A DNA stretch of 64,000 nt from Glaucostegus cemiculus (lineage: Eukaryota). Shown here piece by piece: positions 60,401 through 64,000 of the stretch. The DNA is taken from the NCBI GenBank assembly GCA_976551045.1, contig CDPCPM010000106.1, forward strand, positions 23,746,001 to 23,810,000, given 5' to 3'. Position 1 is the stretch's first letter, and every line of letters starts with the position of its first letter. Below the pieces are notes generated by a model that was given only the letters and a program-made list of their open reading frames with translations, did not search any database and was not told the DNA's origin. The position numbers and the translations under genes are program-made.

Positions 60401-61534
60401 TTCATGGTCTTCAATAAGAGAAGTTTTGTCTCAGAAAAGAGTACAATTTTGTCAATAAACATTGTTCTAATAGAACCGTTTCATTGCATTAAGCAGCTAT
60501 TGTCACTCAGTGTGTTAGAACAAGTTACCAACTAGTTTCTCTAGTTTAAAGTCATTTCCTTGTTGAAGGTCACTAGCTCAACTTTCTGTGAACAATCTAA
60601 TTACTGCAACAATTTAATATCAATCGGACAACCCAAATGAATGGTTCCCTTCTATGCTTTTGGATTGAATTATACTTAGTTATTTGTAAAATCAATAAGG
60701 GAAGCACAATAGACAGAGATCAAAGAGGCATGCAAGCATGCAAAAATGAGGCATGAAATGGCAAGGGGAAAGAGCTCTGACAGCACTGTGATCAAAATCC
60801 CCACGGACAATCTCAGGCAGGGTAGAATGTAACAACACAGCCCTTCCCTCTCCTCCCCCTCTCCCCATGACAGATCCATTTGATCCATTTACAGATTTAG
60901 TTAGTTCCCTTTCGAGTAAATTGAAATGTTGCTGACTGCAAGATTGTCTGATTCAAACAATTCAACTATATACTGATCAACCCACTGAGATACAGGTTTT
61001 CTTAAGCAAAATTAACAAATGGCGTTATGTGGAACTGTAACCAAAACTACATCAAATATATAGCTTCCAGCATGATAAACTTTACAATGTATCAAAGAGG
61101 TTAAAATGACTAAGACTAAAGAAATATTTGAAGACGATATTGAAAAAGTAAACACATATAACTATAATGTGGCCATGTGTCGCATGCTTTCATGTTACTC
61201 AGTGTAGACAGTAAATTTTTCCACAGCACATACAATGAATTACATTTATATAGTGCCTTTCGTGACCTTGGGATATCAAAAGCATTTTAGATTTGATGAA
61301 CTACTTTTTGAAGTGTAGGTGGTGTGAAATGTAGAGCTGTACAGGAGACAAGGAACAGGAAGCTTGGAGTATACTTTATAACAATGGGTACAGTCCATTT
61401 GAATAATACCGTATTCAGTTAGAAGGATTTGGAGTAAAACTTCCAAGTAGGTAAATAGTGTTTCATCAGATGCAGCAGAAGACATTTGATTGGATAGGTT
61501 GTCTCTAAACAGTAAAGACTTGAAATCAAATGTG

Positions 61535-61860
61535 TGGTACAGTGTGGCACAGCAGCTCAACAGTTAGTGCTTCTGCTTCACAGCTCCAGTAACCGAGGTT
61601 CAACCTTGACTTTGGGTGCTGTCTGTGTGAAGTGTGCACGTTCTCACTGTGAAAGTTGGTTTCCTCCCACATCCCAAAGGTGTACTGGTTGGTTAACTGG
61701 CTGCTGTAAATTCCATGTAGCTGGCGTCAAATGAATCAGGGATTTGATGAGCACGTGAGAGAGAATAGATTACAGGGAAATAAGAGTGGGAATAGGATTG
61801 CTATGCTGGGAGATAGCATAGAGCTGATGGACTAAATGGCCTTCTTCTGTGCCATAATAA
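61535..61860 (+). mobile_element. HE1-like V-SINE
   Basis: GGCACAGCAG..GCTTCTGCTTCACAGCTCCAG..GGTTCAACCTTGAC..GTCTGTGTGAAGTGTGCACGTTCTC..GGTTTCCTCCCACATCCCAAAG, with tail AAATGGCCTTCTTCTGTG. Confidence 0.8.
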
Positions 61861-63914
61861 GCAAGACACTGAATTATGAGCCTCTAAGATCAAATAAAAA
61901 GTATTTTTTTAATTGTCACTTTCAAGCATTTTAGACCAATTTTCCCCACAGAAATAATATGAAAAAAAAATGGTTGCAAGCATCGGGGATTTCAGGCAAA
62001 CTGTAATCATGAGTCTAGAAGAAAGTGTCTGGATGGAATTGGAAGCTGTTTTCACAAAGATCTGGACTCTGTCACCAGCAGCAATGAGTGTGCTCGTCTG
62101 CTGATCTTGAAGAACCTGCCCAAGAGGATCCCATGCTTACTTCCAACTTCTGCTGCTGTAAGACATCAATTCAGGGAGTTACCTGGCAGTCAGCAACCAT
62201 GATGTCATCAAGTTGGCTGAGTATCCAATCACATTAAAAACCTTGTCACAGACAATTATAGGAAGAGTTGAACATCTGACATGCAGAAACACTGAAGTTC
62301 CTGTGACTTTCAGGTGGAATAGTGATGAATGTTATTATTTCAACTGCAAGGTCCAGGCCAACAAAGAATAAGCTATTCCTAACTTGCCTCAATAATTGTT
62401 AAAAGCCTCACTCTCACTGATTGAAGGATCTTTTGATGATCAACAGGATATTTAATATAAAAAGAGACAGAGGCCATCTGTAAGATCCAACAAAGGTCTG
62501 GCTAAAAAAAAAGGAAACCTTAGCAAACTTCAGAATGTAAGAAGTTGTTTAGTTGTCAAACATGGTATAAAGTGATCCACTGATAGAGGCACATCATCAC
62601 TCTATCTTACCTTGTGGAAACAAATTACACTGATTGAACTCGATAAATCTGATCACAAACACTGCCTTACATACACCTTTGTTATGAAATAGAACAATTT
62701 AAAAGTTCATATTTTATGTCACCTTACCAACTGATTCCTACATTCACTGTCAAAGAGATTGAAGAATCAAATGTAAGGATAACATGGCTATGGGCTTAGA
62801 TTACCGGCGTATAGTTATTACAAGCCTGGGTTACATCATTGTTAAGTCAGTCATTGGGCAAAATATAATTATAGAACATTAAACATGTTTACATCAGTTA
62901 TCAGCACTGATATATCCCAGTTTCTACTTTGGAGATCTTTGACTAGTCAACACACTGGTATATTAGGAGCTCAAAGAGAGCAATGCTTAAGGGCATACCA
63001 TAAGAGGGCTGTTGCCTTATTCCTTATATCTCTGTTATTCTTTAGGAGAAGACCCTAAGATGTGTCCTTTTGCATTCAAACAATAATTGATGATAACTTA
63101 ATACGTGGAACTACCAGGGAGAAATTTCTAAGCTGACAATGTGAAAGGAAGTTAGCAGCAGTATTGAAGAATCTCAGCTTAGAAGAGTTAAGTTAGCCTT
63201 CCATTTCCGTTGTGTGCATTACTTCAGTTCCTCACACTGTTCAATTAAGCAGGTTCCCTAATGTTCTCAGGTCTGACTGTAAGTATTTATTCATTGAATC
63301 AGTGGAAAACAGCTAAAGAAAATAAACTGGCAATTAAAAATAATGATAAACCTAGCAGCAATTGTTTAATTCTAATTAGAGATTTTCATGAAGAGGTAGA
63401 CATTCTTTAGACATTTATAGGATTATAGGAGGCTGCCAGCTTTGATGAGTGCAATTAAAAAGCTTTCAGATTTAGACAGAGAATACAGATAGACATGGGG
63501 TACTGTGCTGTCACAACAGCCTCCTGCTCTACACTTCTTAAGTGTAGAAAGAGCCATACTTATAAAGAACCACACTTGAGCTACACACAAGAAGAAAGTA
63601 TGCTTCTTTGCCTAGGTCTTTTAGTTTCCCTTTGCTTCTGCTTGCTGCTCACCCACATTCCCAGAGTTTCCATGGAAAATAATCAACTTGACATGTTGAC
63701 TTTGTTCTCTCTCCACTGATGCTGTCTAACCTGATGAAATGTTTTCCAGATTTGTCCCAGTATGAGAATTTTCTACTTAGATATCTCCACATATATATTG
63801 TGTTACTTATAGACAGATCTGCACAATCTGACAAACAATATAGACTAAAGCTTTAGAGTCCCACTATATCCAGCTAAAAACAGTGGTAGATCGCTCAGTA
63901 CATGAGTACAAAAG

Positions 63915-64000
63915 ACATAGAATCATAGAATCATTGAGATATACAATGTGGAAATAGCCCTTTAGCCCAACTCATCCATGCTGACCAAGATGCCTTTCTA
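63915..64000 (-). mobile_element. HER1/CR1 3' tail, runs off the window end
   Basis: CATAGAATCATAGAATCAT...GGAAATAGCCCTTTAGCCCAACTCATCCATGCTGACCAAGATGCC. Confidence 0.85.

Overview
AT-rich, CpG-depleted vertebrate non-coding DNA. The repeat content (HER1/CR1-type LINE tails, HE1/V-SINEs, Deu-domain SacSINE1-like SINEs, Penelope-like termini) points to an elasmobranch (shark or ray); this is inferred from remembered family motifs, not from a search. I found no protein-coding exon, RNA gene or CRISPR array that I can support. The recognisable ORFs in the supplied track are decayed retroelement frames and the rest are not assignable. The window looks like a large intron or gene desert: dense old CR1, L2-group, L1 and Penelope relics, plus several TE-poor islands with the texture of conserved enhancers. 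The most specific observations are (1) a young, CpG-rich 234-bp solo LTR with a perfect 4-bp TSD nested in a CR1, (2) a second solo-LTR family in two copies, one with a perfect 5-bp TSD, (3) many Penelope-like termini carrying decayed minimal hammerhead ribozyme cores, next to a Penelope RT fragment, (4) V-SINEs sharing a head and core but with three different tails, (5) a hidden L1/Tx1 ORF2 fossil, and (6) two long unexplained hairpins. I do not see convincing evidence of a wholly new biological system. Boundaries of old repeats are approximate.
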